A stretch of DNA of 64,000 bases from an uncultured bacterium (GCA_964612295.1 CAZTDY010000009.1:25992-89991); one strand, 5' to 3'. Shown: positions 26,084 through 36,219, counted from the first letter of the stretch. Numbers and translations are program-made. The notes: a model not told the origin generated them from the letters alone.

Positions 26084-27430
26084 TTAGTTACCCTGCATCA
26101 TGCGGCGCTGCAGGGCCCATCCTCCCAGAACAACACTCAGCAACCCGATACCGCCCAGGACCAGGAGCTCGGTGGCAATACTCGCGATACCGGCATCCGA
26201 GAAGAGCAGCGTCTTGAATCCCTCGCTCGACCAGTAGTTCAGGGAGAGAACCGACAGATTGCGCAAAAAAGCGGGAAGCATGTCCAGCGGGATCCAGGAG
26301 CCACCCAGGAAGGCCATCATCATCACGATGATCGAGGCTACCGTTCCGCCCTGTTGCTCGGAGCGCGCCGCACCGAAGACCAGGGACAGCAGTCCGGTGA
26401 CGGCCGCCAAGAAGGCCACACAGAGGAGGGCGAAGGCGGGCAGATCGGCCCGGGCTTTGAGCAGAAGCGCGCCCACCACGGCCATCGCGGTCGCGACGAG
26501 CAGGCCCATGACCATCGTGGAGAGCATCTTTCCGGCCACCACGCTCCACCCGCGGATCGGCAAGGTCAGCTGGCGCGCCAGCGTGCCCATCGTCCGTTCG
26601 CGCGGAATGTCCGCCATGAAGCCGAGTGCGAGAATCGCCAACGCAAATGTGGCCATCCCCGGCAGCACATACCGAAAGACCATCAGGAAACCCGAGTCGT
26701 CATTGTCCTCTTCCTCGCCGGCATCCGCGTTGGAGGCGGTGTCCGCGTTCGCTTCAGAGGGCTGCGCACCGCCGGCCAGCAGGGAATCCTTGGTGGTTTC
26801 CAAACGAATCACCGGCGGGAAGGCCAGGCGGCGGATCGATCGCAGGCTGTTGTTCATCGACGTTGCGGTCGCGGCCATGAGTTCATTATCGAGAAAGCCA
26901 CTCCACTCGGCGTCGGCAGCATTGGCTTCGTTAACCCCGCCGCGGATCATGCCCAGTGGTTCGGCCAGAATGGTGGTCGCGCCATCGAGCAGCTGGGCAA
27001 TCATCCGGGCCGCTTCTTCAACCGCCTGCGGGCCGATGGCCTCGGCCGGGTTCTTGATCACCTCGAGCTTGGTCGGGCGGCCGTCGAAGATGTCGTCGCT
27101 GAACCCCTTCGGGATGATAATGGCGCCGGACACCTTGCTCTTGCGAAGAAACGTCTCGGCCTCCTCGCGCGTGACCTCGGTTGTTTCGAAGTACTGCGCG
27201 ACCTGCTCCTGCCCGAACGCCCCCATGACGAAGCCGCCGACGAACCCATCGTCCTCATTGACCAGGGCGACCTTGAAGCGTGGAATCTGATCCCCGCCGG
27301 CCCCGCCGCCGAAGGCCAGCGCGATCAGCCCCGAGAAGATAAAGGGGAACAGAAGATAGACGATCGGAGCCAACGGGGACCGCAGCCGCCGCAGCAGATC
27401 GTTCATCATGACTGTCAGACAGGCACGCAT
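26084..27430 (-). CDS. ABC-2 type exporter permease
   Basis: ERTMGTLARQLTLP, GKMLS, FLGGSWIPLDMLPAFL, LNYWSSEGF; acidic low-complexity loop AGEEEDNDDSG. Confidence 0.9.
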   Translation of the reverse strand: MRACLTVMMNDLLRRLRSPLAPIVYLLFPFIFSGLIALAFGGGAGGDQIPRFKVALVNEDDGFVGGFVMGAFGQEQVAQYFETTEVTREEAETFLRKSKVSGAIIIPKGFSDDIFDGRPTKLEVIKNPAEAIGPQAVEEAARMIAQLLDGATTILAEPLGMIRGGVNEANAADAEWSGFLDNELMAATATSMNNSLRSIRRLAFPPVIRLETTKDSLLAGGAQPSEANADTASNADAGEEEDNDDSGFLMVFRYVLPGMATFALAILALGFMADIPRERTMGTLARQLTLPIRGWSVVAGKMLSTMVMGLLVATAMAVVGALLLKARADLPAFALLCVAFLAAVTGLLSLVFGAARSEQQGGTVASIIVMMMAFLGGSWIPLDMLPAFLRNLSVLSLNYWSSEGFKTLLFSDAGIASIATELLVLGGIGLLSVVLGGWALQRRMMQGN

Positions 27431-27451
27431 GGCCCCTCGCCTCCCAACTCG

Positions 27452-28381
27452 CTAGTCGCGTAACTCCCGGCCGGTCAGCTTCAGAAAAACACCTTGGAGA
27501 CTGGGCTGTTGAATGGAGATGTCATCGATCGAGAGGCCCTGCGCCAGGAGGCGCCCGAGAACCTGGGCCACTTCACCCTCGCCGGAGCCCACGTCGACCA
27601 TGGCATGACCATCTTCGACGTGGACGACGCGCACGGCGGTTTCGGCTTTCATCAGGACATCGATGTCGGCCGCGCGAAACGCGCCACGAAGCGTGAGGAT
27701 CTCGCCCTCGCCCACACTGCGTTTGAGCTCGTCGAGCGTACCTTCGGCCAGGACGCGCCCCTCGTCCATGATGCCGATCCGGTCACACAGGTCCTGCGCC
27801 TCTTCGAGGTAGTGCGTCGTGTAGAGGACGGCCGTTCCCTTCTTGGCTTCGGTGCGCACGACTTCCAGAATATTGAGACGGGCCTGAACATCGATGCCGA
27901 CGGTCGGCTCATCCAGAAGCAGCAGGCGGGGGTTGTGGATCATGCCCACCGCGAGATTCAGGCGGCGCTTCATCCCGCCCGAGAATTTGCGCGTCGGCTC
28001 CCGGCCCCGATCCTGGAGCCCCACGGTTTCGAGCACCTCTTTGATCCGGGTCTTCAACTCCCCACCGCTCAGTCCCGCGAGTTGTCCCCAGAAACGGAGA
28101 TTCTCATGAGCCGTCAGGTCTCCGTAGATGGCGGTCTCCTGGGGAACGACGCCGATCCTCTGTTTGAATTCGAGCGGATCGCTCGAGAGGGGAATCCCTT
28201 CGAGTTCGATCCGGCCCGCGTCCGGTTTCAGAAGACCGCAGGTACAGGAGATCGTGGTCGTCTTGCCGGCCCCGTTGGGACCCAAGAGTCCGTAGATCTC
28301 GCCGGGCTTGACCTGGAAGGAGATGTTGTCCACCGCCTTCAAGGAGCCGTAGGACTTCGAGAGCGTCTCGACCGTGAGCAT
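27452..28381 (-). CDS. ABC-2 exporter ATP-binding protein (LnrL/DrrA-like)
   Basis: GPNGAGKTT; FSGGMKRRLNLA; LLLDEPTVGID; TTHYLEEA; C-terminal PSLQGVFLKLTGRELRD; alternative GTG start at 28387. Confidence 0.95.
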   Translation of the reverse strand: MLTVETLSKSYGSLKAVDNISFQVKPGEIYGLLGPNGAGKTTTISCTCGLLKPDAGRIELEGIPLSSDPLEFKQRIGVVPQETAIYGDLTAHENLRFWGQLAGLSGGELKTRIKEVLETVGLQDRGREPTRKFSGGMKRRLNLAVGMIHNPRLLLLDEPTVGIDVQARLNILEVVRTEAKKGTAVLYTTHYLEEAQDLCDRIGIMDEGRVLAEGTLDELKRSVGEGEILTLRGAFRAADIDVLMKAETAVRVVHVEDGHAMVDVGSGEGEVAQVLGRLLAQGLSIDDISIQQPSLQGVFLKLTGRELRD

Positions 28382-28479
28382 AGGCACCCCATCCGTCGCA
28401 TCAGAAACGAGAAGTCAGGTCGCAATTGGGTCAGCCTAGCAGGCGGAAGGGCCACCGACAAGGGCGGGGCGAACGATCG

Positions 28480-30021
28480 TTATCCCATGAACAGCTTGAC
28501 CAGCGTGTTCTTCATCGGCAGATGGGAGCGCAGTAACATTTCTTTCTCTTCGGAGCCGTATACGCGCAGCCAGCGGAGAATCAAGAACTGACCCAGGGTT
28601 ACGCCGCCCAATACCGCAACGAGCACCACCGGATGGGTAAGCTGCGTTCGGACAAACCACAGCGGGAGCACGACCCCTGAGCCGAGCAACACCTTGGCGA
28701 AGGTCCCCCAGGGGATCTTCATCTGAGGGACGAGCCGTCTCGTGACGAAGTACTGCAGGATGCCGGTTAGAAGCAGCGCGATCGCCACGGGCGGGATGCC
28801 GCCCCAGATGCCGTAGCGAGGGATGAAGACAAAGTCGAGCGCGACATTGATGATCGCACCCACGATCGCAATCAAGGTGTTGACGAGGACCTTCTCCTTG
28901 ACGTAGAGCGCCATGCGCAGCGGCGTCACCAAGAAGGACAACAGGAAGATCAGACTGAAGACCTGGCAGAGCGGGGCCCCCCGGAACCTCTCGACTCCGT
29001 AGAGCGCAAGGTACGCCTGACCGCCCAGAACCGCACCGGTCACGGCGACGGGCACGACCAACACGAACAGGAGACGGAAGTAGAGGTGAACGCCGCGAAT
29101 CAGATCCTCACCGCGGCGCGCGTGCGCTTCCGAAAGCGAGGCGAGAACGATCGGCCAGATCGCAAGAGGCACGAACTCCAGGAGCATTTGCGGGAGGTTG
29201 TAGGCAGTGTTGAAGTCGGTCACATCGGCCGGGAGCCAGTAGTGACCGATGATGAGCGTCTCTGAAGACCGCCAGAGCACCTGATTGATGAGCGCCCCCA
29301 GGGCGATGGGCAACGCATAGCGCATGATGCGCGCGGTGGAGATGCCCTCCCCCTGATCGGCCCGCACCCAGGGAATCGCGCGCGGCAACCAGGGTGCCAG
29401 GAGCAAGATCCCCGCGATGAAGCTCACGGCAACAGCCAAGAGCACGCCGACCAGGTTCATGCCCCGCGTGAACATCAGGGTGAGTAGCCCGACGAGCACG
29501 AGCTTCTGCACCACCGTTGCGAGGGCGAACTGCCGCATGCTCCGTACGGCCATGAAGATGTGGCTGACCGTGTTCCACAGAATCTCCGCGAGGATCAGCG
29601 CAGCCCCCAGGGGCAGGATGTCGCCCAGGTCGGCGCGGAACGCCTCGTGGAAGAGCCCCACCAACGGATGCCGCACCAGATAGACCACGGCCAGCACAAC
29701 CACCCAAGCCAGGAGCTGGTAGCCGAGCCCACGCCAGAGAAGCTGCCGGGCTCCGCGCGCGTTGTTCTTCACCCGCATCTCGGGAAGGAACTGGAGCATC
29801 GACTGTGCAATGCCCATGGCCATCGCCAGGGAGAGGAAACGCGCGATGTTGAGAAAGACTCCATAGACGCCGTAGGCGTGTTCGCCGAGTCCCCGCACGA
29901 TGAACGCGTTGGAGGCCAGGGAGAGGACGGCCACCAAGACCTTGGCCAGGAATCCCCAGGCCAATGCGCTGGGCACCTCCTGCGAGGTGCGAACCGATGA
30001 CTCGCCCTGGCTCTGGGTCAC
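28480..30021 (-). CDS. Oligosaccharide flippase (Wzx/MOP family)
   Basis: About 13-14 hydrophobic segments; IVRGLGEHAYGVY, RYALP, IIGHYW, LNVALDFVFIPRYGIWGG-like motif. Confidence 0.85.
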   Translation of the reverse strand: MTQSQGESSVRTSQEVPSALAWGFLAKVLVAVLSLASNAFIVRGLGEHAYGVYGVFLNIARFLSLAMAMGIAQSMLQFLPEMRVKNNARGARQLLWRGLGYQLLAWVVVLAVVYLVRHPLVGLFHEAFRADLGDILPLGAALILAEILWNTVSHIFMAVRSMRQFALATVVQKLVLVGLLTLMFTRGMNLVGVLLAVAVSFIAGILLLAPWLPRAIPWVRADQGEGISTARIMRYALPIALGALINQVLWRSSETLIIGHYWLPADVTDFNTAYNLPQMLLEFVPLAIWPIVLASLSEAHARRGEDLIRGVHLYFRLLFVLVVPVAVTGAVLGGQAYLALYGVERFRGAPLCQVFSLIFLLSFLVTPLRMALYVKEKVLVNTLIAIVGAIINVALDFVFIPRYGIWGGIPPVAIALLLTGILQYFVTRRLVPQMKIPWGTFAKVLLGSGVVLPLWFVRTQLTHPVVLVAVLGGVTLGQFLILRWLRVYGSEEKEMLLRSHLPMKNTLVKLFMG

Positions 30022-30024
30022 GGT

Positions 30025-32943
30025 TTAGTAAACCTCCAGCACGCCCACGGTCTCTCCGTCATAGAGATCGCGATCGGTCAGGTAGTGCGTGAACGGCCAA
30101 CTGGGAAGGAAAGCCTGCTCCATCCACTTGACCTTCAGTTCGTACTCACCGAGGGCGGCGTACTCTGGAACCTCCAGTTCAATGCGATCGATCACGAACT
30201 CGTCGTGCGGCCAATGCTCGATGCCGAGCATGCCATCCAACGGCACGTGTGTATCCGGGACGCGGTAGACGACGTTGTTGCGACCCTGCTGCCATCGCCG
30301 GTGAACCTTGCTCCACCGCAGGGACCAAAGCCGTCCGCGGGGCGCCGCCGTGTCCATTCGCAGATACACATTGACCGGGAACTGAGGGCTGTCCCCGACG
30401 CGGCGCCAATAGAGCGTCGCTCCCACCGTATCTCCGCGGCTCACAAGGGTGGTGTCGAGCACCACCGCGGTCAGGGTGAGACCCGCCAGCGTATCGGACA
30501 GCACGGGGAACACGTCGTCCGGAAGATTCCGCACGAGGATCTCGCGCGTCAGTTCCTCGCTGGTGCGCCCGGCCGGGATGACCTCGCCGGGGCGAACCAC
30601 ACCGGAGAGGACATCGACGTTTTCCCGTCGAACCCGGTAGAGCGCGCTCTCACCCTCCCGTCCGTGCTCGAAGACCTTCTCGAACAGGCTCGGCTCCGCA
30701 TCCAGGGCGGCACTTTGCACGATCGGCAGGTCGCCGCCGGCGTTGCAGAAGAACTGGTCGATTCGTCTGGGCAGCTGCCCGTTGACCAGGACGTATTCGA
30801 TCTGAAACGACCGGCAAAGACGGGCCTTCTCCCCCGCCCCTCGGTAGGGGCTCAAGATATCCCGGCAGGCGGCCAGCCGCGCGGTGGCCAGTGAGTCGGA
30901 GGGTGATCCATGCTGGTGCAACACGGCAACCGTGTAATGGGGCGTGAATGCCGGAATGCTGTAGCTGGTCACCGGATCACTCAGGATCACCGCCGGCTGG
31001 GGGACTTCATCGGTGACTCGGTCCAACAAGTCCATCCAGGCCAGAGCCGAGGCGTTGTGTCGCGCCTCCAGATTCGATGCCGAATAGGAACGCGCGAACC
31101 CTTCCAGCCGCGGGAACAGGAGCACAACCATGAACACGTAGAACAGAAGCGACGTGATCACCCTGCGAGCAGAGTTCAGCGTCAGCAGATTCTCACCCAT
31201 CGAGCGCGCCATGTAGGCGAACACCATCAGGAAAGGCACCGCGACCACAAATCGGGCCACCAGATAGCCCAGGTAGGGCTCGAGCAACGGCACCAATACC
31301 GGATTCATGACAATGAGAATGGGCACGAGACTGAGGGCCGCCATGTAGAGGATCGCATCATCCTTGCGCGCGTGTCGCCACAGGAAGAGCGACAGGAAGA
31401 CCCCTCCGAATCCAGTTCCCATCAGGAATCGTTTCCAGTGCTCCGGCATCAGAATGTAGAACCCGCTCCCAAACGAGAGAATCCCGTGGGTGTGGGTATG
31501 AATCGTACTCAGCGGGGAATAGGCGAAGACCAATCGCCAGACCGTCGGCACAAAACAACCGGCCGACGCGGCCAGGAAGACCCAGCCCACCCGTCGCAGG
31601 TTGGGATAGTCGATCCCCTGCAGGATGAGCATGACGACGAAGAAGACGCCCAGGGAAAACAGGATGTGGAATGCGGCGAAAATGTGGGTGGCGGTTGCCC
31701 CGAACGCCGCCATGGCGACGAGCAGGAGCACTCTTCGGCGGGCGGCCCGCAAGACGTACTCGAGCGCAACGGCGAGCGTCGCCCAAGCCAGGACGATCCC
31801 CATCTGACTCCCGTAGCCCAGCCGGAGGAATGCGCCTCGATTGATCTCTCCGAAGAAGACAAACGCCAGGAAGGTGGCAAAGAGAGCCGTCCCCTCGCTG
31901 CGCAACAGCCGGCGCGAGAAAGAGTGAAAGATGATCAGCGCCAGGGGCATCAAGAGACCGGGCAGGAGGTGCCAAAGCGTCTGCACGGAGCTATGCGTCA
32001 GGGTGGCCTGCGCCGCCAGCAGAACGTGGAAGAAGCCTTTGCGCGCGTCCACCGCAGCGCCGTCGCCCTCTACATAGAACGTGGTGCGCGGCAGGATTTG
32101 ATCGCGCTCCACCATCTCTCGCAAACAGGCCAGGTGATCGAGTGCGTCGGTGCCGAGCCCAGACGGCCCGCCGGCGTAGAACCCCAGGCAGGAGGCCGAG
32201 ATCATCAACACGCCGAGAACCAACAACGTTGCCCAGCGCGGCGCCACCGGGTGGTCCTTCTTGTGCTGGTCGCCCAAGCGGTAGGCATCGCGCAGAATCC
32301 GCTGCATCACCGGGTTCGCGGGATGACCGCCCACGAAGAGCTCCCTTTGGGCATCCGCTTCCTTGGATGCATCGTCAGCCGCACCACCCTCGGACCCCTC
32401 ACCCATCGGGCGCGAGGCGCCGTCCGACGCGGACGGGTCGGGCGAACCAGGCGGAGTCTCTTCGGCGGGATCAACCGGCTTCGAGGCGGCGCCAAGCAAT
32501 CCCCTCAGATCCCGCACGACCAGCAAGACGGCCATCAGCAGCACCGCAGCGGCCTCCGCCCAGATCAACGTCGAGAGGCGACCCGGAAGGATCGGGCGCG
32601 CAGCGTCCAGGCCGGACACCGGTCCGAGCCCGACATCACCGCCGAAGAACCACCCCACCATGCCAAGAAAGGAACCGATCGCCACACTGAGCGCGATCGA
32701 ACGGGTGAGACGTGAAGCGAGGCCGATTCGCGATTGAGGAAACACCAGCAGATGGAAAAGCCAGCCGGGCAGGAGCAGGAAGAGCGGCGGACCCGCGAAG
32801 TGGCGAAGCGTCTCGGGAATCACCGGCGTGGAGAAGTAGAGCAGCAGATAGGCCAAAGGGCTGGCCAACCAGAGCAGGTGCAGCGGGCTGATGTGCCGCC
32901 TGAGCACCGGCGGCTGCACGACCTTCTTATCCGCGGCTTCCAT
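30025..32943 (-). CDS. Large polytopic membrane protein, GT-C-like (DUF6541-like) glycosyltransferase candidate with C-terminal soluble domain
   Basis: Many TM helices; loop DALDHLACLREM...GFFHVLLA; later ILSDPVTSY.IP and IEYVLVN segments typical of lipid-sugar-dependent transferases; flanked by a flippase and a GT2. Confidence 0.6.
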   Translation of the reverse strand: MEAADKKVVQPPVLRRHISPLHLLWLASPLAYLLLYFSTPVIPETLRHFAGPPLFLLLPGWLFHLLVFPQSRIGLASRLTRSIALSVAIGSFLGMVGWFFGGDVGLGPVSGLDAARPILPGRLSTLIWAEAAAVLLMAVLLVVRDLRGLLGAASKPVDPAEETPPGSPDPSASDGASRPMGEGSEGGAADDASKEADAQRELFVGGHPANPVMQRILRDAYRLGDQHKKDHPVAPRWATLLVLGVLMISASCLGFYAGGPSGLGTDALDHLACLREMVERDQILPRTTFYVEGDGAAVDARKGFFHVLLAAQATLTHSSVQTLWHLLPGLLMPLALIIFHSFSRRLLRSEGTALFATFLAFVFFGEINRGAFLRLGYGSQMGIVLAWATLAVALEYVLRAARRRVLLLVAMAAFGATATHIFAAFHILFSLGVFFVVMLILQGIDYPNLRRVGWVFLAASAGCFVPTVWRLVFAYSPLSTIHTHTHGILSFGSGFYILMPEHWKRFLMGTGFGGVFLSLFLWRHARKDDAILYMAALSLVPILIVMNPVLVPLLEPYLGYLVARFVVAVPFLMVFAYMARSMGENLLTLNSARRVITSLLFYVFMVVLLFPRLEGFARSYSASNLEARHNASALAWMDLLDRVTDEVPQPAVILSDPVTSYSIPAFTPHYTVAVLHQHGSPSDSLATARLAACRDILSPYRGAGEKARLCRSFQIEYVLVNGQLPRRIDQFFCNAGGDLPIVQSAALDAEPSLFEKVFEHGREGESALYRVRRENVDVLSGVVRPGEVIPAGRTSEELTREILVRNLPDDVFPVLSDTLAGLTLTAVVLDTTLVSRGDTVGATLYWRRVGDSPQFPVNVYLRMDTAAPRGRLWSLRWSKVHRRWQQGRNNVVYRVPDTHVPLDGMLGIEHWPHDEFVIDRIELEVPEYAALGEYELKVKWMEQAFLPSWPFTHYLTDRDLYDGETVGVLEVY

Positions 32944-33037
32944 GCCTTTTAAAAGCCCTCCGCGCCGCGCCGGGTTCCCACCGGCCGACAGGGGGTCGAC
33001 CGGCCGGGCGGACCTTCAATGTAGCCGCTAGACTTGA

Positions 33038-33709
33038 TCAGCTGAAGCGCTTCTTGAAGAGAAAGCAGAGGTTCTCCCACCCGTCACGCCACTTGCGCAG
33101 TTTGACCTCTCCAACCCGCGGGTCGTAGTTGATGTGGTACTCGGCGAATCGAACATCCCGGTTCTTGACCGCCTCGATCTTGATTTCCTGCGAGAAGGGC
33201 ATTCCGTCGCTGGTGACGTTGAGTTTCTCCAGCACCGCCCGTTTGAAGACCCACATGCCTGATTGGGAATCGGCCATTTTCTGCCCGAAGAGCAGCCAGG
33301 TGGTCGCGGTGAGGATCCAGTTGCCGACCTTGTTGCTGAAGTTCATCGCCTCGGCATTCTTGAGCGGGAAACGCGCCGCGGAGATGAAGTCGAGTTTCTC
33401 AGCGATGAGATGGCCCATCAGCCCCGGGATTTCCTCAGGAGGATAGGTGCAGTCGGCGTCCATGGTGATGATCACGTCTTTGCTGGCCGCGGCCATACCG
33501 GCCTTGTAGGCCGCCCCGTACCCCTGGCGGGTCTCGAGAACGACCTTCGCGCCCAGGCTCTCAGCAACCTCCTGGGTTCGATCAGTGGAGTTGTTGTTGG
33601 CCACGACGATTTCATCGATGCAGTCCGGGAGTCGTTTGATGACCTCCTGGATGCCCTCTTCCTCGTTGTAGGCCGGAATGACCATACTGATCGTAAGCTC
33701 TTGAAACAC
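33038..33709 (-). CDS. Glycosyltransferase family 2, polyprenol-phosphate sugar synthase-like (DPM1-like)
   Basis: VIPAYNEE, NNNSTDRT, GYGAAYKAG, ITMDADCTYP, DSQSGMWVF, RVGEVKL; GTG start with RBS GGAGG. Confidence 0.92.
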   Translation of the reverse strand: MFQELTISMVIPAYNEEEGIQEVIKRLPDCIDEIVVANNNSTDRTQEVAESLGAKVVLETRQGYGAAYKAGMAAASKDVIITMDADCTYPPEEIPGLMGHLIAEKLDFISAARFPLKNAEAMNFSNKVGNWILTATTWLLFGQKMADSQSGMWVFKRAVLEKLNVTSDGMPFSQEIKIEAVKNRDVRFAEYHINYDPRVGEVKLRKWRDGWENLCFLFKKRFS

Positions 33710-33880
33710 CGGCTCCTCCCGCGGGCCCCGCGTTCAGTCCTGGCACACCTGCCACAAAAATGACGTCCAGTGAGTCTATCGGACGATGAGGGCCGGATCC
33801 AGCGTCACATCTGCCTGGGCAATCCCCCCGCCGGACCGAGCGCGCCGCGGCCCCAGGCCGGGCTGCCGGCAGATATCCCC

Positions 33881-33907
33881 CTAACATATTGCAAATAAAC
33901 ATGTTAG
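33881..33907. promoter_or_regulatory. AT-rich inverted repeat in a divergent promoter region (IHF-like or TF site)
   Basis: CTAACAT-ATTGCAAATAAAC-ATGTTAG; 7-bp arms; each strand is close to the IHF consensus YAANNNNTTGATW. Confidence 0.35.
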
Positions 33908-34038
33908 AGCCTCGGCCCGAGCCCGGCGGACCACCGGCGATCATCCCCGAGGTGTGTAGTATAATCGGGACGTGTACGCCACCGGTAACGGCCACCTCGG
34001 CCGAGGGAAGCCCTGACAACGCCCGATGGGAGGATTCG

Positions 34039-36219
34039 ATGTTCTCGCGCCCTACACCGACCCACCGCCCGGCTCATGCCGCGATCCCGATGTTGCTCTG
34101 TCTGATGTTGTTGGCCACAGGCTCCGTCGCGGACGCTCAGTGGGAATCCACGCTCGAACTGATCGCGCCGGATGCGTCGCCGGTCTCGATTCACCGCGAC
34201 GACTACGGGGTACCTCACATCTATGGGGACACCGAGACCGGCATCTTCTACGCGCAGGGGTTCGCCGTGGCCCAGGACCGGCTGTATCAGATGGAGATCA
34301 ACCGACGCGCCGGATTGGGACGCCTGGCCGAGATGTTCGGTCCCGCCTATGTGAGCCTCGATAGAAACACCCGCAAGCTCTACTACACGGAGGCCGAACG
34401 GCAGGCGCAGATCGAAAGCCTGCCTCAGTCTTTCCGGGATATGGCGGATGCCTACGTGGCGGGGATCAACGCGTACCTGGATTCGATGGAGGTCGATCCC
34501 GGCACCTACCGGCCGCTCCCGTTGGCGTCCTGGGTGGTCGAGCCGTGGACGACAGACCACGTCGTCGCCACGACCCAGTACTACATGCGCCAATTCGGCG
34601 AGTTCGGCGGCCAGGAACTGCAGAGATTGGCCGAGCTGGAGAACAACGGACAGGCCTGGTTCGATGCGAACCGTCCGATCAACGATCCCACCGCCCCCAC
34701 GACGATCCCCGATCGAGGGCGCGGGCCCGCGGTGCCCGGCCGCGACTGGTCCGGTCAGCGCGTATCGCTCGAGACCATTGCGCGGATCTCCGAAGAGCAG
34801 TCGCGGATCGATGAGCTGAAGGTCGCGTTGGGCCTGCCTCCCAAGTTCGGCAGCTTCGCGGTTCAGATCACGACCGAAAAATCGTTGAGCGGCAACGTGC
34901 TCCTCCTCGGGTGTCCGCAGATGGGAACCCCGACGCAGGCAGAGACGAACACGATCCACGAACTGGAGTTGCTCTGCCCCACCTACCACATGGGCGGGAT
35001 GACCGTGGCGGGGGTTCCGGGGGTGATTATCGGGCACAACGGCTTTCTCACCTGGACCCTGACCAGCGGCATCAGTGACAACACCGACGTCTACATCGAA
35101 ACCACCCAAACCCAGGCGCTGGATTTCTACTGGCACAACGACGCCTGGGTCCCATTCGAGGCGATCGCGGACACTGTCTTTGACAACAGCGGTACCCCCT
35201 ATCCATTCGAGATCACGCGCACGGTGCACGGTCCCGTCTACTCGACCAATCTGGGCGAGTATCAGGCTTTCACGAAGAAGATGACCTTCTGGAACAACGA
35301 GCTGGAGATGGGCGCTGCACTCTACGACATGTGCACCGCGCGGAGCCAGAGCCAGTTCGAAGCGGCCCTCGGGCAGATCTCGATGTCGTTCAACGTCTTC
35401 TATGCCGGGCGCAACGGTCACATCAAGTATTGGCACGCCGGTTGGTATCAGGATCGCACCGACGGCATCGATCCGCGCCTCCCCCACAACGGCGACGGAA
35501 CGGAGGAATGGGGCGGCCTGCGCGACTTCGCCGACCTGCCCGTGGCCGAGAACCCCGCCCAGGGCTACTTCGTGAACTGGAACAACAAGCCGGTTGTCTG
35601 GTGGGACAACGGCGACAACGTCCCCTGGTCGGGTTGGCACCCGGTGATGAACATCGACAACTACGTCAGCGCGCTGACCCCGTTCGATTACGACGACCTG
35701 AAGGAAACGCCCCACGCCATCGGAAGCCACGGCACCTATCAGCAGGCAATCGAGCTGGGTCCCGCGCTGATCGTCGATGAGAACATCGTGCCGCCGGGGC
35801 AGAGCGCGTTTGTCAGTCTGGCGGGCGTCCCCAGTCCGCACGTCACCGACCAGTGGCCCCTCCATGTGGCCTGGCAGTTCAAGGACCAGATCTACGCGTG
35901 GGATGCGAGCGCGGTTGATGATGACACGCGTGAAGAGGCGGCGGCGCTCATCCGGGATTTCCGGGTGGCCAGTCCACTGATTGGCCAGGGACGAATCGCC
36001 TTCAACCTGAGGAGTGGTGCCCAGATCCACCTGGACATGTTCGATGCGCAGGGGCGCATTGTCCGGCAGCTTCTCAGCGAGCACTTGGAGGCCGGATCCC
36101 ATCAGGTTTCCTGGGACGGGCGGGATCTCAGCTCCAATCCGCTGCCGAGCGGGATCTACTGGAGCCGGCTGCAAGCTGATCGGGAGCAAGCCGTACGGGG
36201 ATTGCTGCTCCTGTGGTGA
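34039..36219 (+). CDS. Penicillin acylase family Ntn-hydrolase with C-terminal FlgD Ig-like domain
   Basis: RBS GGGAGG before ATG 34039; signal peptide; HRDDYGVPHIY, AQDRLYQME, nucleophile Ser in KFG/SFAV (34852), RTVHGP, WNNKP, PPGQS...PHVTDQ; C-terminus AQGRIVRQL...SWDGRDLSSNPLPSGIYW. Confidence 0.9.
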   Translation: MFSRPTPTHRPAHAAIPMLLCLMLLATGSVADAQWESTLELIAPDASPVSIHRDDYGVPHIYGDTETGIFYAQGFAVAQDRLYQMEINRRAGLGRLAEMFGPAYVSLDRNTRKLYYTEAERQAQIESLPQSFRDMADAYVAGINAYLDSMEVDPGTYRPLPLASWVVEPWTTDHVVATTQYYMRQFGEFGGQELQRLAELENNGQAWFDANRPINDPTAPTTIPDRGRGPAVPGRDWSGQRVSLETIARISEEQSRIDELKVALGLPPKFGSFAVQITTEKSLSGNVLLLGCPQMGTPTQAETNTIHELELLCPTYHMGGMTVAGVPGVIIGHNGFLTWTLTSGISDNTDVYIETTQTQALDFYWHNDAWVPFEAIADTVFDNSGTPYPFEITRTVHGPVYSTNLGEYQAFTKKMTFWNNELEMGAALYDMCTARSQSQFEAALGQISMSFNVFYAGRNGHIKYWHAGWYQDRTDGIDPRLPHNGDGTEEWGGLRDFADLPVAENPAQGYFVNWNNKPVVWWDNGDNVPWSGWHPVMNIDNYVSALTPFDYDDLKETPHAIGSHGTYQQAIELGPALIVDENIVPPGQSAFVSLAGVPSPHVTDQWPLHVAWQFKDQIYAWDASAVDDDTREEAAALIRDFRVASPLIGQGRIAFNLRSGAQIHLDMFDAQGRIVRQLLSEHLEAGSHQVSWDGRDLSSNPLPSGIYWSRLQADREQAVRGLLLLW

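Noticed and set aside
30910-32715. 601-aa plus-strand ORF and other long overlapping ORFs in the track
   Set aside because: They lie opposite well-supported genes and have no RBS, signal or domain evidence.
33904-36189. 761-aa minus-strand ORF
   Set aside because: Antisense shadow of the penicillin acylase gene.
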